DNA of 64,000 nucleotides from Eledone cirrhosa (Eukaryota), in the NCBI GenBank assembly GCA_964016885.1, contig OZ024753.1:23498001-23562000 (forward strand), in the 5' to 3' direction. Numbering within the stretch: the first letter of the stretch is position 1; each line of letters begins with the position of its first letter. The position numbers and the translations under genes are program-made. Below are positions 12,630-24,479 of this stretch, piece by piece. The notes below the pieces were generated by a model, which was given only the letters and a program-made list of their open reading frames with translations, did not search any database and was not told where the DNA came from.

Positions 12630-15600
12630 TTACGGGGCCAATGCACCCTTCGCCCAGAACGGGTCGTAGTTCTGTGTGTTGATGGGGAGAGGGGAAGAAA
12701 TAGGCCTGTGTGGCAAAGAAAAAGAGGGGGGCATTTGAGTTTCAAGTGTCATTGTGTCATTGTCCAGGTTTGCTCGTTTGAGACGATCAACGGAAACCGT
12801 TTCCCTGGAACCCCGAATGTCCAGTGTGAAATGTTTGTCTGTGCGAGCAAGCACACGATAGGGTCCAGAGTACGGCCGTTGAAGAGGGGTCTCACGGCGT
12901 CGTCTCTAACGAACACATGGGTCCACAAGGCAATATCCCTTGGGACGGCAGTTTTTACAGTCTGCTTCCTAGTGCCCATCGGTGGTAGATCCTTGAAATA
13001 AGAGTGAAGCCGGGACACGTAGGAAGCGGGGTCCTGCGAAGTCAGGTCAAAAGGGGCCAGCATTTGCCCCGGTAACGCCAGAGGCGTACCATAAACTAAT
13101 TCGGCAGAGGAGAACCCAAGGTCCACCTTTACCGTCGACCGAATACCCAACAATACAATGGGTAGGTACTCGCTCCAACGTGAAGAGTCCATGGAAGCCC
13201 TTAAGGAGGCTTTGAGCTGCCTGTGGAATCTTTCCACCATTCCGTTTGAGGCTGGGTGGTAAGCCGTGGTTCTTATTCGAGTAGCCCCCAGGATTTGGGT
13301 TAGCTCTCGGAAGAGGTTAGACTCGAATTGACGACCACGATCCGTTGTTATGGTGGTTGGTACACCGAAACGAGCGATCCACGAAGATACGAGGGTACGG
13401 GCTGTGGTTTCGGCGGTGATATCTGTTATAGGGACGGCTTCAGGCCAACGCGAAAAACGGTCAACAATCGTCAAAAGATACGAAAAACCACGACTAACCG
13501 GCCACGGGCCGACGATGTCCACATGAATGTGACGAAATCTTGCATCGGGGCAGGTGAAGGTTCCGAGAGGAGCCTTAACATGTCTATGAACTTTCGATAC
13601 AGGAACGACACCAAGCAATGTCACGTCTCATACCAGGCCAGAAAAATCTGGCTGTTATGAGTTTTACTGAGGCTGATACTCCTGGGTGAGAAATGCCATG
13701 TAAAGCGAGAAACGCAGTTCGTCGATGTTCCACTGGGACTAGAGGTCGTGGTGAGTCCAACGAAACACCACACAGTATCTGTCCGTCAGCAGTTGAGATC
13801 GGAATGTATTTCAGTTTGCAATGTACAAACTCTGGCGATGTAACATCCAACGATTCGAGAGTGGGTTGGGCAGCTGCCATTCGATGTAAATCTATCTCCT
13901 CGGAAGACGAAATCGATGCGATCGGCAGGCGAGACAGCGCATCGGCCGCTGTATTCAAAGAACCCGGAATATGTTGAATGTCGTTCGTGAACTGTGAGAT
14001 GAAGTCCAGATGTCTCGTTTCTCTGGGCGAGTATTTGTCTGCCTTAGTTCGAAGAGCAAACGTCAAGGGTTTATGATCAGTGAAAATGGTGAATGTTCTA
14101 CCTTCAAGTACATGAGCAAAATGTTTCACTGATAAATAAATTGCTAATAGCTCCCTTCCAAAGGTGCTATAGCGAGTTTCTGCAGGCTTTAACTTCCTCG
14201 AAAAGAACTCGAGTGGTTGCTGTACCCCATCACCCTCCTGATGTAAGACTGCGCCCACGGCGCTATCCGAAGCATCAACAGAGAGCGATAGCTCGGCGTT
14301 GGGTACTGGTTGGGCGAGCAAAGACGCGTTCGCTAACGCCTTTTTTCACTTTTTTTAAATCATCAAGCTGCGTTTTATTTAAGGAAATGTCCATATTCTT
14401 ACGCCGGCAACCCTTAAAAATCTCTGTCAACGAGAACAGCAATTTGGAACAACCAGGTACGAATCGCCTATAAAAATTTACAAGGCCCAGGAATTGACGC
14501 AATTGACGCAGTGAACTTGGCGGAGGCAAATCCGATACTGCCTTAACCTTCTCAGGAAGAGGTCGAATACCATCGGCGTCAATCAGATGGCCTAAAAATG
14601 TTAGTGAAGTCGAGCCGAAAACACACTTGGAAGCATTAATTCGAACATTATATCTCTGTAAACGACGAAATACGAGATCCAGATGCTTTGAATGCTGCTG
14701 AGGGGAAGAACTAGCAATCAACACGTCGTCGATATACGTATACACAAAATCCAGGCCCCGAGTAATATCATCCATAAATCGTTGGAAGGTACTTGCGCGT
14801 TTCTAAGGCCGAAAGGCATAGTGAGGAACTCGAACGATCCGAAAGGAGTGACAATAGCAGTCTTTGGGATATCCTCCTCGTTAACCGGAATTTGATTATA
14901 AGCGCGGATCAAATCAAGCTTAGAAAAGATTCTGCAACCCTGCAATGACGACGCAAAATCCTGCAAATGCGGGATTGGATAACGGTCAGGCACAGTAATC
15001 GCGTTTAAGCGTCGGTAGTCACCTGTCGGTCTCCAATCCCCAGAAGATCTAGGTACCATATGTAGAGGCGATGCCCAAGGACTTGTGGAGCGCCGAATTA
15101 TTCCCAATTCCAGCATGTGGTCGAATTCAAGACGTGCAGCTATCAACTTCTCTGTAGACAATCTTCGAGGACGTGAGAAAACAGGTGGACCTGTAGTGGA
15201 TATGAAGTGTTCAATCGCATGATCCGGACTAGTTATTCGTAACTTTCCCTGCGTCAACTGAGGGAATGAATGTAGCAGGCTTTGATACTGGTTGCCCACT
15301 TCAGCCAAGAAAAAGGAAGGGCTGACGGTGGCGACGTCCGGCTCTGAACCCTCGAAAGAAAGGCCTGTTTCATCATCAACAAGGCGTTGTCTGCGAATGT
15401 CCACCAACAAGGAAAAATGGTGGAGAAAATCCGCTCCCAAAATGGCGTATGGCAAGTCGGCGATAGTAAACTTCCACCTCAAATCACGCCGCAAATTTTT
15501 TAACCGAAGAGGAAGCGAAATTTGCCCGTACGTTCGAATGGCCGTGTGGTTAACTGCTCGTAGATTTATATCTGCTTCGGCTGGGCTTTTTTTGAGATAA

Positions 15601-15743
15601 CTGACTGGCCAAATACTCAGCGACGCGCCAGTATCGACAAGGAAAAATTTTTTTGACCGCAGGTCGTATACGAAAAGATGGCGGTTCGGTCGGTTTTCCC
15701 AGAGTTCACTAGCCGCTCCTAGTGGCTCTGCTTTGCGTTTCCC
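12630..15743 (-). pseudogene. pol: Gypsy pol (protease, RT, RNase H, integrase) with about 4 frameshifts
   Basis: Protease FLVDTGA; [26 protein letters not shown] and YIDD; RNase H VDASD..ELLAIY..FTDHKPL; integrase [23 protein letters not shown]. Split across five ORFs. Confidence 0.95.
15700..15743 (-). promoter_or_regulatory. -1 programmed ribosomal frameshift signal (G GGA AAC + hairpin) at the gag/pol junction
   Basis: Heptamer at 15743-15737 in the gag frame, 6-nt spacer, then CAGAG-C-CACTAG-gagcgg-CTAGTG-aa-CTCTG. The -1 frame is open through to the protease DTG. Confidence 0.85.
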
Positions 15744-16489
15744 GATCTCTTGTAATCACAGGGCGTGCGACAACGTTGCGCCCTACTGCCGAAGTTAGAA
15801 TGGTACCAACACAACGAAGAATTATTGTTGCCTGCGTTGTAGTGCTGGCGATGAATAGAGGACGGCGGCGAACGATACCTCAAACGTTGAGAAGGCTCTC
15901 TGTGATGTACCGTCAAATCTTCTACCTTTTTGGTGAGAGCTTCAATCAACTCCAACAGTTTGCCGTCGGCCACAGAAGAACTGCGTGGAGGGACGCACGC
16001 TGAAGCCACATAAGGATTATGCTGATTGCTGTTCGAGTCCACCTCAAGTATCTTATCCGCGGACGCGGCAAGTTGCTCTAATGAATTCTTCTCTAAACTA
16101 TTGACCAATATTCTTTGCGCACTTGGTGGTAGGCGTGAGAAAAAAAGTTGCTTTATGAAGGGGGTGTCAATCCCCTGGGAGTCGCTCAACTCCCGCAAAT
16201 GTCGCAAATAGGAGCTCGGCTTCCTGTCACCCATTTGAGCATCGTCCAACAACTCCCGAAAACGGCTCTCTACCGACTTGGTATTTCGGCGAAGGATTTC
16301 TTTTTTTAATGAGCCGTAGGTAACGTCGGCGTCTAAATCCGTCACAACGTCCTTCACCGAGAATGCCAAGGAAACAGGTAGGCCATTGATCAGGACCTTC
16401 AGCTTATGCTGTTCCTTTGTCTTCGTCAATTCGAAGAAACATTCCAGCTGCGCAAACCACAACTTGATGTCGCCTGCGAAGGACGGCAA
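15719..16489 (-). CDS. gag: Gypsy gag
   Basis: [14 protein letters not shown]-terminus, [16 protein letters not shown], and C-terminal CWYH..FG..A..C..PC knuckle. The true start codon is uncertain (nearest ATG is out of frame). Confidence 0.9.
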   Translation of the reverse strand: MPSFAGDIKLWFAQLECFFELTKTKEQHKLKVLINGLPVSLAFSVKDVVTDLDADVTYGSLKKEILRRNTKSVESRFRELLDDAQMGDRKPSSYLRHLRELSDSQGIDTPFIKQLFFSRLPPSAQRILVNSLEKNSLEQLAASADKILEVDSNSNQHNPYVASACVPPRSSSVADGKLLELIEALTKKVEDLTVHHREPSQRLRYRSPPSSIHRQHYNAGNNNSSLCWYHSNFGSRAQRCRTPCDYKRSGNAKQSH

Positions 16490-17016
16490 AATGTTGACTC
16501 ATGGTGCCACGTATTTGATGACTTTTTGGTGTTGGTCAATAGTTAGCCAGGTGTTGCTGCTGATTGCTGGTAATTTTTTTCTTTAAAAAAAAATATTCTA
16601 AAGAAAATTTTAATAATAAAAAAAAATCATTTTCTATGAAAATTAATGGTAAGAAAATCCAAGATGGCTGATTTAAAAATGTGTCCGTGATGAAGCCGTC
16701 ATGAGGCACGATGCAGCCAATCAGATGGCTGGGATTGGAGAAGACAAGCTGAACGCGGGAAAACGAAATATCTCCATTTGTAATTTCCACAGAATGTTGG
16801 AAGCAAAATTCTATTTCCAGAGAAATCCTTTTTTTTTTTTTTTTTTTTTTTGTGTGTTGTATTTTTGTGTTTGTCTGTATGCGTGCTATAACAAATGGAA
16901 TATAATGAATTTTATGGACTTACGCTAAGTGATTCGGACATTCCAAATGTTAAGCCATTCCACATTGCCGTTAAAAAGAATTTCGGCCTCCAATAGGCTG
17001 CGTTTTCATTCTTTAT

Positions 17017-17030
17017 CGTCAGGGTCGCCA
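17017..17030 (-). promoter_or_regulatory. Primer-binding site, tRNA-Trp-like
   Basis: TGGCGACCCTGACG just inside the 5' LTR, versus the expected tRNA-Trp complement TGGTGACCCCGACG (2 mismatches). Confidence 0.7.
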
Positions 17031-17031
17031 A

Positions 17032-17295
17032 TAAAGAAAAATGATGTTTCTCTTTGTTGAATAAATAAATGCACAATCAAGTCTAACAATCATTTTATTT
17101 AATGCAATAATTTAGTAAATTTCCTACAACGTCAATATTTTGAGGAGCGGATCTTTCCACGTCTGTTCATGTCCGTGGTCCAAAAAGAGTGAGTGAACCT
17201 GTGGCTGTGTCCGGGTGTATTTTTGCCTCCCTTCCCTGAAGGGTTGTTAAGGGGAGGCAACTGCTAGCTACCAAGCGACCATCTCAGCCACTACA
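17032..17295 (-). repeat. 5' LTR of the Gypsy element
   Basis: Begins TGTAGTGG on the minus strand; direct repeat of 11868-12131. Confidence 0.95.
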
Positions 17296-18604
17296 AATAT
17301 ATTACGGTAGTTATTTTCATCGTTGTATGATATTATGAATACAAAAACTGACTGCGGTTGACTTTGCCCTTTTCCTTTGCCTTTTATCCCTGCCGAATTG
17401 TTTGATAAAATATCTATAAAACATATCTTCTGGTAATCCTGTCGTTGATTCAACCGAATTGAGTAACCTCTCCACAAAAGAAATGTTTTGCTGTGATGGA
17501 GAAACCTATAAATAACCTGACATAATAAAGCTGAATAAGTATTAAAAAATTTGAATTCCAAATAACCCCTTTCAAAGTAAACTTACGACTGCAACTTTTG
17601 ATAGGTTTCCGAACTGGCTTAGCCTTAATGTTTATATTGACAGCTAGGTACAGCAGGGCACAGCAGGGTACGGTTCAATTTTCTTTATAATTATAAATGT
17701 TTTCATAGAATGTACTTGAGTTCATACAATTAATATTAAAGTATTTTATCGTACCTTTCAGACTTGGTCACTAACATATCATCCCCCTATGGTGGTGATG
17801 CCACACTGAATCATTATATAATCTATATTACTAGCTGAATATAAACCACATCACATTTCATAAAATATCTCAAACAGCTACAACAGAAGAATATAGAAAC
17901 ATAATTGTAAAATTAGTTTTGAGTCAGTAGGATGATTTAATCAATTTAAACGTCTGTATAGAGCTAGTAACCCATGACAGACTAGGGGAAGTAGCGAGTA
18001 CTCCTTACAGTTGGTAAGCAGAAAGAGTCTATGAGACAAGTAATAAACAAAATTAAAAAGGAGAAAAGAAAAGAAAAGAAAAGAAAAAGAAAGGAAACAG
18101 AAAAAATAAAATAAAAATAAAAATTTAAGATATTGAAGGGGCCGATGGGAGGGTGGGGGTAGAGGAGGCACAAGAAAAAGAAAAGGAAAATAGTAAACAA
18201 GGGAAGTTGTAAAACAGATGTTTCTGTTGAATCTTTTCCTAGCTTTAATTTACTCAAACATTTTATATTTGGTGTTTTCCTGGTTATTCTTCCATTTAGT
18301 GGCAACATGTCCTTGCCTAGGTAGAAAGGGAAGTAAAGAGTCCTTTAACACCTGATGGAGTCGTAAAGGTGCCGTTTTGGAGGCATTTAAACATGGTGGA
18401 GCCGTTGCCTCTCTAGGTCTGCAAATGGCCAGTTTCTTTCAGAGAAGGAAGTAAAGTAAGAGAGAACTAAAGAAGAGATATAGAGGAATAATCGAGCCTA
18501 CTAATGGATTGATGTTCCATCTATATCTATTTCTCATTTCCATTCTCTCACTCTCTCTATCCCTCTCTGAAATATCAGACGAAGAGAGATCCGCCAGGTT
18601 TAAA

Positions 18605-18758
18605 GGTGACCCAGTAATAGACTGGTACTTTTTTATCGACCTCAAATGAATGAAAGGCAAAGTTGACGTCGGCGCGATTTGAAGTCAAAGAGCAGAGAGT
18701 CAAAACGAATATCACAAAGCATTGTATGGGACGCTCTAACGATTCTGTCCATTCGTAG
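18605..18758 (-). mobile_element. Degenerate tRNA-derived SINE
   Basis: Homologous to 31185-31360 (CTGGT..TTTT.ATCGAC...ATGAAAGGC.AA.TTGA...ATTTGAA.TCA); B-box-like sequence on the minus strand; resembles octopus SINEs as I recall them. Confidence 0.6.
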
Positions 18759-19209
18759 CTTTGTCAATATGATAATATAGATGTTATATTCTGATAGCTT
18801 GATCGTTGTTGTCGTTGTTTAGCCCAAAATCAGCTCTGATCGAGCATGTATTCCAATCAGCTGCCAGGTACACTGCAAGCAGACAAGATTCTCATTAGCC
18901 AAAATGTTCCTCTTTTTAAAATTTATACTTATATTTTCTAACACGATGTAGTTATAGTTAGCTGTTATTTCTAGCTAAATGAACTGACTCTCCAGCACTC
19001 CTTCATTCGTTTATCTGGTAAGGCTTTGGGAGATGTTGGCCTCAACTTTATGGATCAGTAACTACTTCAATGTGTTACTGAAGCTTTGACATTTTCATAC
19101 TGAAAAGGTCGACTGCAGAAGAAATACGTTTCTAGTAGACTTCATTAATTCACAAGATTTCAGTTTTGTTTTCGTTTTGCACTTTCCTATATCATGATTA
19201 GGTGATTGT

Positions 19210-19270
<61 letters not shown>

Positions 19271-19273
<3 letters not shown>

Positions 19274-19463
19274 CAAAGGAATTGTGGTAAGTAACCAGAT
19301 GGACCATAACGCACCAGAGTACTCAATACTTACGGTAGTAGAGTGGGAAATAGGAAAAAGTATGACCCCGACAGCAGAGCTGAAAGCCGTTTCGACGGCT
19401 ATTTCTGGACGGCTATTTCCGTCGAAACGGCTTGAGCTCTGCCGTTGGGGTCATACTTTTCCC
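19271..19463 (-). mobile_element. Minimal PLE insertion (tail + HHR 3' half, folded back), same family as 20341-23580
   Basis: 19271-19410 is the inverse of about 23443-23580; 19419-19463 is its inverted repeat; (TA)n on both sides. Confidence 0.85.
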
Positions 19464-19493
19464 TATATATATATGTATATATATATAAATATG

Positions 19494-19532
<39 letters not shown>

Positions 19533-19537
<5 letters not shown>

Positions 19538-19581
19538 TATGTATACGTACATACATATATGTATACAGACGTACAGTAGTA

Positions 19582-19678
<97 letters not shown>

Positions 19679-20323
19679 CATGCACACATATATATATGTA
19701 CGTATGGATTCACCGAACATTTATTATAATGCTCGCTGTGTTTGTAAACAAACATCCCGAATTAAGCCGCACAGTGTCTAGCAACTACCGTTGCTCATTC
19801 GTTCAACACTGACAAAGGAGCGCTGTACTTGTTTCAACCTTATTAGCTATCGTCACCAACGTATACCTTCCTGCCAGATGGTTGAACGTCTGAAAGTATA
19901 TACTTTCCTTAAGCATATTAACGGCTGAACAGCCTAGTTTGCATACTATTGTACGTCTGTATACATATATGTATGTACGTATACATACTTATATTTAAGT
20001 AACAGCCGTACTAAGAGTGAGAAATGAAATTTCGTTTCATTTTTTCCGTTTATCGTTTTCGGTACCTCGGCCGATTAACTGACTCGATATGCAACTTAGG
20101 CTGCTCAGCCGTTAATATGAATAAGGAAAGTATATACTTTCAGACATTCAACCATCTGGCAGGAATGTATCCGTTGCTGACGATAAATAATAAGCTTGGA
20201 ACTAGTACAGCGCTCCTTTGTCAGTGTTGAACAAATGAGCAACGATGGTTGCTAGACACTGTACGGCTTAATTCGGGATGTTTGTTTACAAACACACCGA
20301 GCATTATAATAAATGTTCGGTAA
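19533..20323. mobile_element. Retrozyme-like family 1: inverted pair of circularly permuted monomers (19533-19944 minus, 19941-20323 plus)
   Basis: Both arms are homologous to 4774-5285 but start at different points of the unit. The HHRs at 19821-19861 (-, GTGACGA) and 20172-20212 (+, GGAA) carry core mutations. Confidence 0.75.
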
Positions 20324-20352
20324 ATATATATATATATATAGGAACCAGTAAG

Positions 20353-20446
20353 ACCCCGACAGCTGAGCTCAAGCCGTTTCGACGGCTAATTCTGGACTAA
20401 ATGAAAATTTATCCTGGTATTTAAATAGCCGATCTTCTCAAGGGGT
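20353..20446 (-). ncRNA. Type I hammerhead ribozyme, U3:A8 core variant (inverted-arm copy)
   Basis: Reverse complement of 23394-23487. Confidence 0.75.
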
Positions 20447-21113
20447 AATTCCATATATGGTCAAAGTGATTGTCAAAAATCAGTAGTAATTCTGTGGTTG
20501 CAAATTAGTAGGGGAGTTGGTGGCTAAACCTGCCAGTAGGAGAAAGAGGGGAGGGGTGGAGTAGACCCAATCAAGCGTTGGTAGTGCCAGCTACAGCTGG
20601 GCATGAGGTCAAAGAAGATACAGGGGAGGGGGAGGAAGTTGGAACGGTAGGTAGAACAATGGAGGGTAGAAATATATAGGAAAGAAAAGAAAAAATACTG
20701 AGAGTGAAGAAAAGCAAATAAGTGTAAAGAAAAAAGTAAAGTAAATTAAATTCTACGACCTAGGTCTCAGGCTATTGTAAGGCTAGAATAAAATAAATAA
20801 AGAAAGAAAGAAGTAAAGAAATAAATAAATAAAGAAATAACGAAATAAGTAAAAGAACTAGGTGGGACGGAATAGGCAAGGACCCTTTTAAGAGGTATAA
20901 GTACGTAAATGATACGGTGACGGGTCAACAAAAGGGGCCAAAATACTAAAGAGACTACCACGAAATAAACAATAAAGGTTTCCATCCCGGGCCAGCAACG
21001 ACCCAGTGCAGCAAAGTGAACTTGTACGAGATAATAATTCTGAGTCCCGAGAAAAATATATACTAATGCTAACTCTAAAAGATCTAAAACAAGCTACATG
21101 AATTATTCCTAAT

Positions 21114-22286
21114 GGATTATTCCTAATAGCCAAACTCACTGATATGTTTCCTGCATTCGGTGGTGGATTGTACCGTGATGATGGGCTCCTTACCCTTAAA
21201 GGGTACAACCCCAGTAGTACAGATCGGGTCCGGAAACAATTAATCAGATTCTTCCGCGACTGGGGATTTAAAATAACCCTACAAACGTATCTGACCCGAA
21301 TAAACTTCCTGGACGTGACCCTCGACCTCGAAAACGACCTGTACTACCCATACAGGAAACCTAATGACAATCTGCACTACATCCACCGCCGATCAAACCA
21401 TCCTAGGAACATCACAAACAACCTGGTCAAAAACATCTCCCTCCGCATATCCCGTTTGTCAGCTAATGAGCGGATATTCGATGAACATGCGCCTTATTAC
21501 AACCAGGCCCTCAAGCGGAGTGGTTTCCGGGAGGAAATATCCTACTGTCCAGCTCCCATTAGCGGAACCAGCAGGAGACACCGCCGCTCACGCAATGTAA
21601 CATGGTTCAATCCTCCCCACAACGAAGAGGTGACAACTCCCATCGGGAAACTATTCTTTAGGCTCATTGAAAAACACTTCCCATTACAACACCGCTACCA
21701 CAACATAATTAACAAAAATACCATCAAACTCTCTTACAGCACTACACCAAACTTCGCACAAAACATCGTCTCCTCTAACAACAAAAAACTCAACCCCGAT
21801 GGCAGAAATAACCTAAATAGCAGTGGAGAACCGACCAGGAGGTGTAACTGCCCGGATAGATCTATTTGCCCACTCGACAATAGATGCAGAGACCGTAATG
21901 TGATCTACCAGTGCAACGTGAGGACGGATACCTCCAACAAAGCCTATATAGGACTTACCGCATGTGACTTCAAGACCCGGCTATACCAACATAGACATAC
22001 CTTCCGAAACCCGGCCCGGCGTCACGCCACTACACTTTCGGGCCACATATGGGACCTCAAGGACAACAACATCACCTATGATCTCACTTGGAGATTACTG
22101 TCCAGAGCCAATTCTTACACGGGAGGACGCCGTCCGTGCAATTTATGCTCGGAGGAAACTTTACAAATGCTGTTTTCGACGGACCAACTCCTAAACAAGA
22201 AAGATGAACTGGTCACTGCATGTAAACATAGATTGCGTAGGACTTACCTCGCCCTCAAACCCCATAATGACCCGGGGGGGGGGTAG
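21114..22286 (+). CDS. 5'-truncated PLE protein: RT motif C, thumb and GIY-YIG endonuclease (Naiad-like by motif; inference)
   Basis: GLYRDDGL, INFLDVTLDL, PYRKPND..YIH..SNHP, WFNPP, CNC..CPLD..C, VIYQC..YIGLT..FKTRL..H, CNLC.EE, LLNKKDEL..CKH. The frame is open but begins at the inversion junction. Confidence 0.93.
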   Translation, partial: GLFLIAKLTDMFPAFGGGLYRDDGLLTLKGYNPSSTDRVRKQLIRFFRDWGFKITLQTYLTRINFLDVTLDLENDLYYPYRKPNDNLHYIHRRSNHPRNITNNLVKNISLRISRLSANERIFDEHAPYYNQALKRSGFREEISYCPAPISGTSRRHRRSRNVTWFNPPHNEEVTTPIGKLFFRLIEKHFPLQHRYHNIINKNTIKLSYSTTPNFAQNIVSSNNKKLNPDGRNNLNSSGEPTRRCNCPDRSICPLDNRCRDRNVIYQCNVRTDTSNKAYIGLTACDFKTRLYQHRHTFRNPARRHATTLSGHIWDLKDNNITYDLTWRLLSRANSYTGGRRPCNLCSEETLQMLFSTDQLLNKKDELVTACKHRLRRTYLALKPHNDPGGG

Positions 22287-23393
22287 ACTAGGGCTATAAC
22301 ACCCCACTTGCCGATTTTGCAATGGGTAACCCCTGCTTGCCAAGGAAGACGTAAGATCTTCTTTGTATTCTTTTATCGCTTCCTTTATTTCCTTCCCCCC
22401 TCTCTCCTTAGTCCTTCTACCCCAGCTCTTCTCCTTTGTCGGCGTCTTTTCTCGCCCACCCGAGGCTGCCCTTTGGCCCCATGTAGCCTTAGTACCCCCC
22501 CCCCTCCCCTAGTCTATGATAGATTTGGCGGACTCCGCCCTTTATAGCAGTTGGCTTAGACCCCGGATACTTGGCCCCTTTTTCCGACCGCTCCCACTAT
22601 TCTCTGTGCCCTCTATATTTCTTAGTGGCACTTATGCCTTATTTTTTCGTTTCAGTATTTCTTGCTTCGCTTTTCTCCTGGGCGGTGTGGATTCTGAATT
22701 TATTTCTCCGTATTCTACCTTTATTTCGTACGAACTTTCATGTAGCTTGTTTTATATCTTTTAGAGTTAGCATTAGTATATATTTTTCTCGGGACTCAGA
22801 ATTATTATCTCGTACAAGTTCACTTTGCTGCACTGGGTCGTTGCTGGCCCGGGATGGAAACCTTTATTGTTTATTTCGTGGTAGTCTCTTTAGTATTTTG
22901 GCCCCTTTTGTTGACCCGTCACCGTATCATTTACGTACTTATACCTCTTAAAAGGGTCCTTGCCTATTCCGTCCCACCTAGTTCTTTTACTTATTTCGTT
23001 ATTTCTTTATTTATTTATTTCTTTACTTCTTTCTTTCTTTCTTTATTTTATTCTAGCCTTACAATAGCCTGAGACCTAGGTCGTAGAATTTAATTTACTT
23101 TACTTTTTTCTTTACACTTATTTGCTTTTCTTCACTCTCAGTATTTTTTCTTTTCTTTCCTATATATTTCTACCCCCCATTGTTCTACCTACCGTTCCGA
23201 CTTCCTCCCCCTCCCCTGTATCTTCTTTGACCTCATGCCCAGCTGTAGCTGGCACCACCAACGCTTGATTGGGTCTACTCCACCCCCTCCCCTCTTTCTC
23301 CTACTGGCAGGTTTAGCCACCATCTCCCCTACTAATTTGCAACCACAGAATTACTACTGATTTTTGACAATCACTTTGACCATATATGGAATT

Positions 23394-23487
23394 ACCCCTT
23401 GAGAAGATCGGCTATTTAAATACCAGGATAAATTTTCATTTAGTCCAGAATTAGCCGTCGAAACGGCTTGAGCTCAGCTGTCGGGGT
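23394..23487 (+). ncRNA. Type I hammerhead ribozyme, U3:A8 core variant
   Basis: Helix I ACCCC/GGGGT; core TTGAGAA 23399-23405; helix II GA(T)CGGCTA/TAGCCGTC with a large loop; GAAA 23460-23463; helix III ACGGC/GCTGT capped by palindrome TGAGCTCA; GUC site 23480-23482. Confidence 0.78.
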
Positions 23488-23578
23488 CTTACAGGTTCCT
23501 ATTACCCACTCTACTACCTCAAGTATTGAGTACTTTGGTGCGTTATGGTCCACCTGGTTCCTTACCACATTTCCTTCG

Positions 23579-23661
<83 letters not shown>

Positions 23662-23701
23662 CGTATATATACATATACATATATATACGTATATATATAA
23701 A

Positions 23702-23772
<71 letters not shown>

Positions 23773-24152
23773 GGAAGCAGAAAATTGCTTTTTGTGATCC
23801 AGTTCGTAAATACCTGGATAAAATCCTTCTCTTAATGCTTACCTGTGTTTTCTCTTTTATATATATATATATATACATACAAATATATATTATATATATA
23901 GAAATAATAAAATTTGAAGACTAAAATCCAAAGAGAGCTCGATAAGGATAAATATATATCAAATATATAAGAACCGTAGAGCAAATATTTATTAAAATAA
24001 CAGATTAAAGTTTAAGCAAAGAATCGCTGCTTTCACCCTTAACGGGATCTTCTGAAACTAACAAAGTCCATCTATTAGTTTCAGAAGATCCCGTTAAGGG
24101 TGAAAGCAGCGATTCTTTGCTTACACTTTAATCTGTTATTTTAATAAATAAA

Positions 24153-24212
<60 letters not shown>

Positions 24213-24434
24213 CAATTAAGTTAAAAATGTACATCCATATATGTATACTGAAATACTAGTATGCATATGAATACACACACGTATACATATGTAGATGTAC
24301 CAAGTCTTTCACTGGTTACTTTACTGTGAGTATCCAGCTATTCTGTATGTAAACACACAGACAAACCGGTTTTTAGAGTCATACTGATTTTTGAGGAAAC
24401 ACCTTTCCTCTATTCTGCAGAAAGCCAGACAAGG

Positions 24435-24479
24435 AATATTGAACTAGTTTCGTTGTTGTTACAACTCATCAGCAATATT
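24435..24479 (-). ncRNA. Minimal type I hammerhead ribozyme (inverted copy)
   Basis: Reverse complement of 24986-25030. Confidence 0.92.

Larger units (their letters stand above)
11868..17295 (-). mobile_element. Full-length Ty3/Gypsy LTR retrotransposon
   Basis: Two 264-bp direct LTRs; TSD AATA(T) at 11864 and 17296; PBS; gag followed by PR-RT-RNaseH-integrase order. Confidence 0.97.
20341..23580 (+). mobile_element. Young Penelope-like retroelement: inverted arm 20341-21102 (-), main arm 21114-23580 (+), about 82-nt tail
   Basis: 20341-21102 is a near-perfect inverse of 22737-23499; RT + GIY-YIG ORF; inserted in (TA)n. Confidence 0.95.

Noticed and set aside
12537-16928. Plus-strand ORFs over the Gypsy element
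   Set aside because: Antisense to gag/pol, with no recognisable motifs.
17296-19200. Possible host exons in unique-looking sequence
   Set aside because: No ORF with recognisable motifs or a convincing splice-site pair. The region could be intronic, but that cannot be shown here.
20767-23072. Duplicated hydrophobic ORF METFIVYFVVVSLVFW (20767 minus, 22854 plus)
   Set aside because: Lies in the T-rich PLE 3' UTR; duplicated only because of the inverted arm and not evidently preserved in the 5.6-8.7 kb relative.
24075-24120. HHR-like string CAGAAGA-TCCC..GGGT-GAAA in the 23901-24152 fold-back
   Set aside because: U4 is replaced by A in both arms and I could not form helix I or III; at most a decayed motif.
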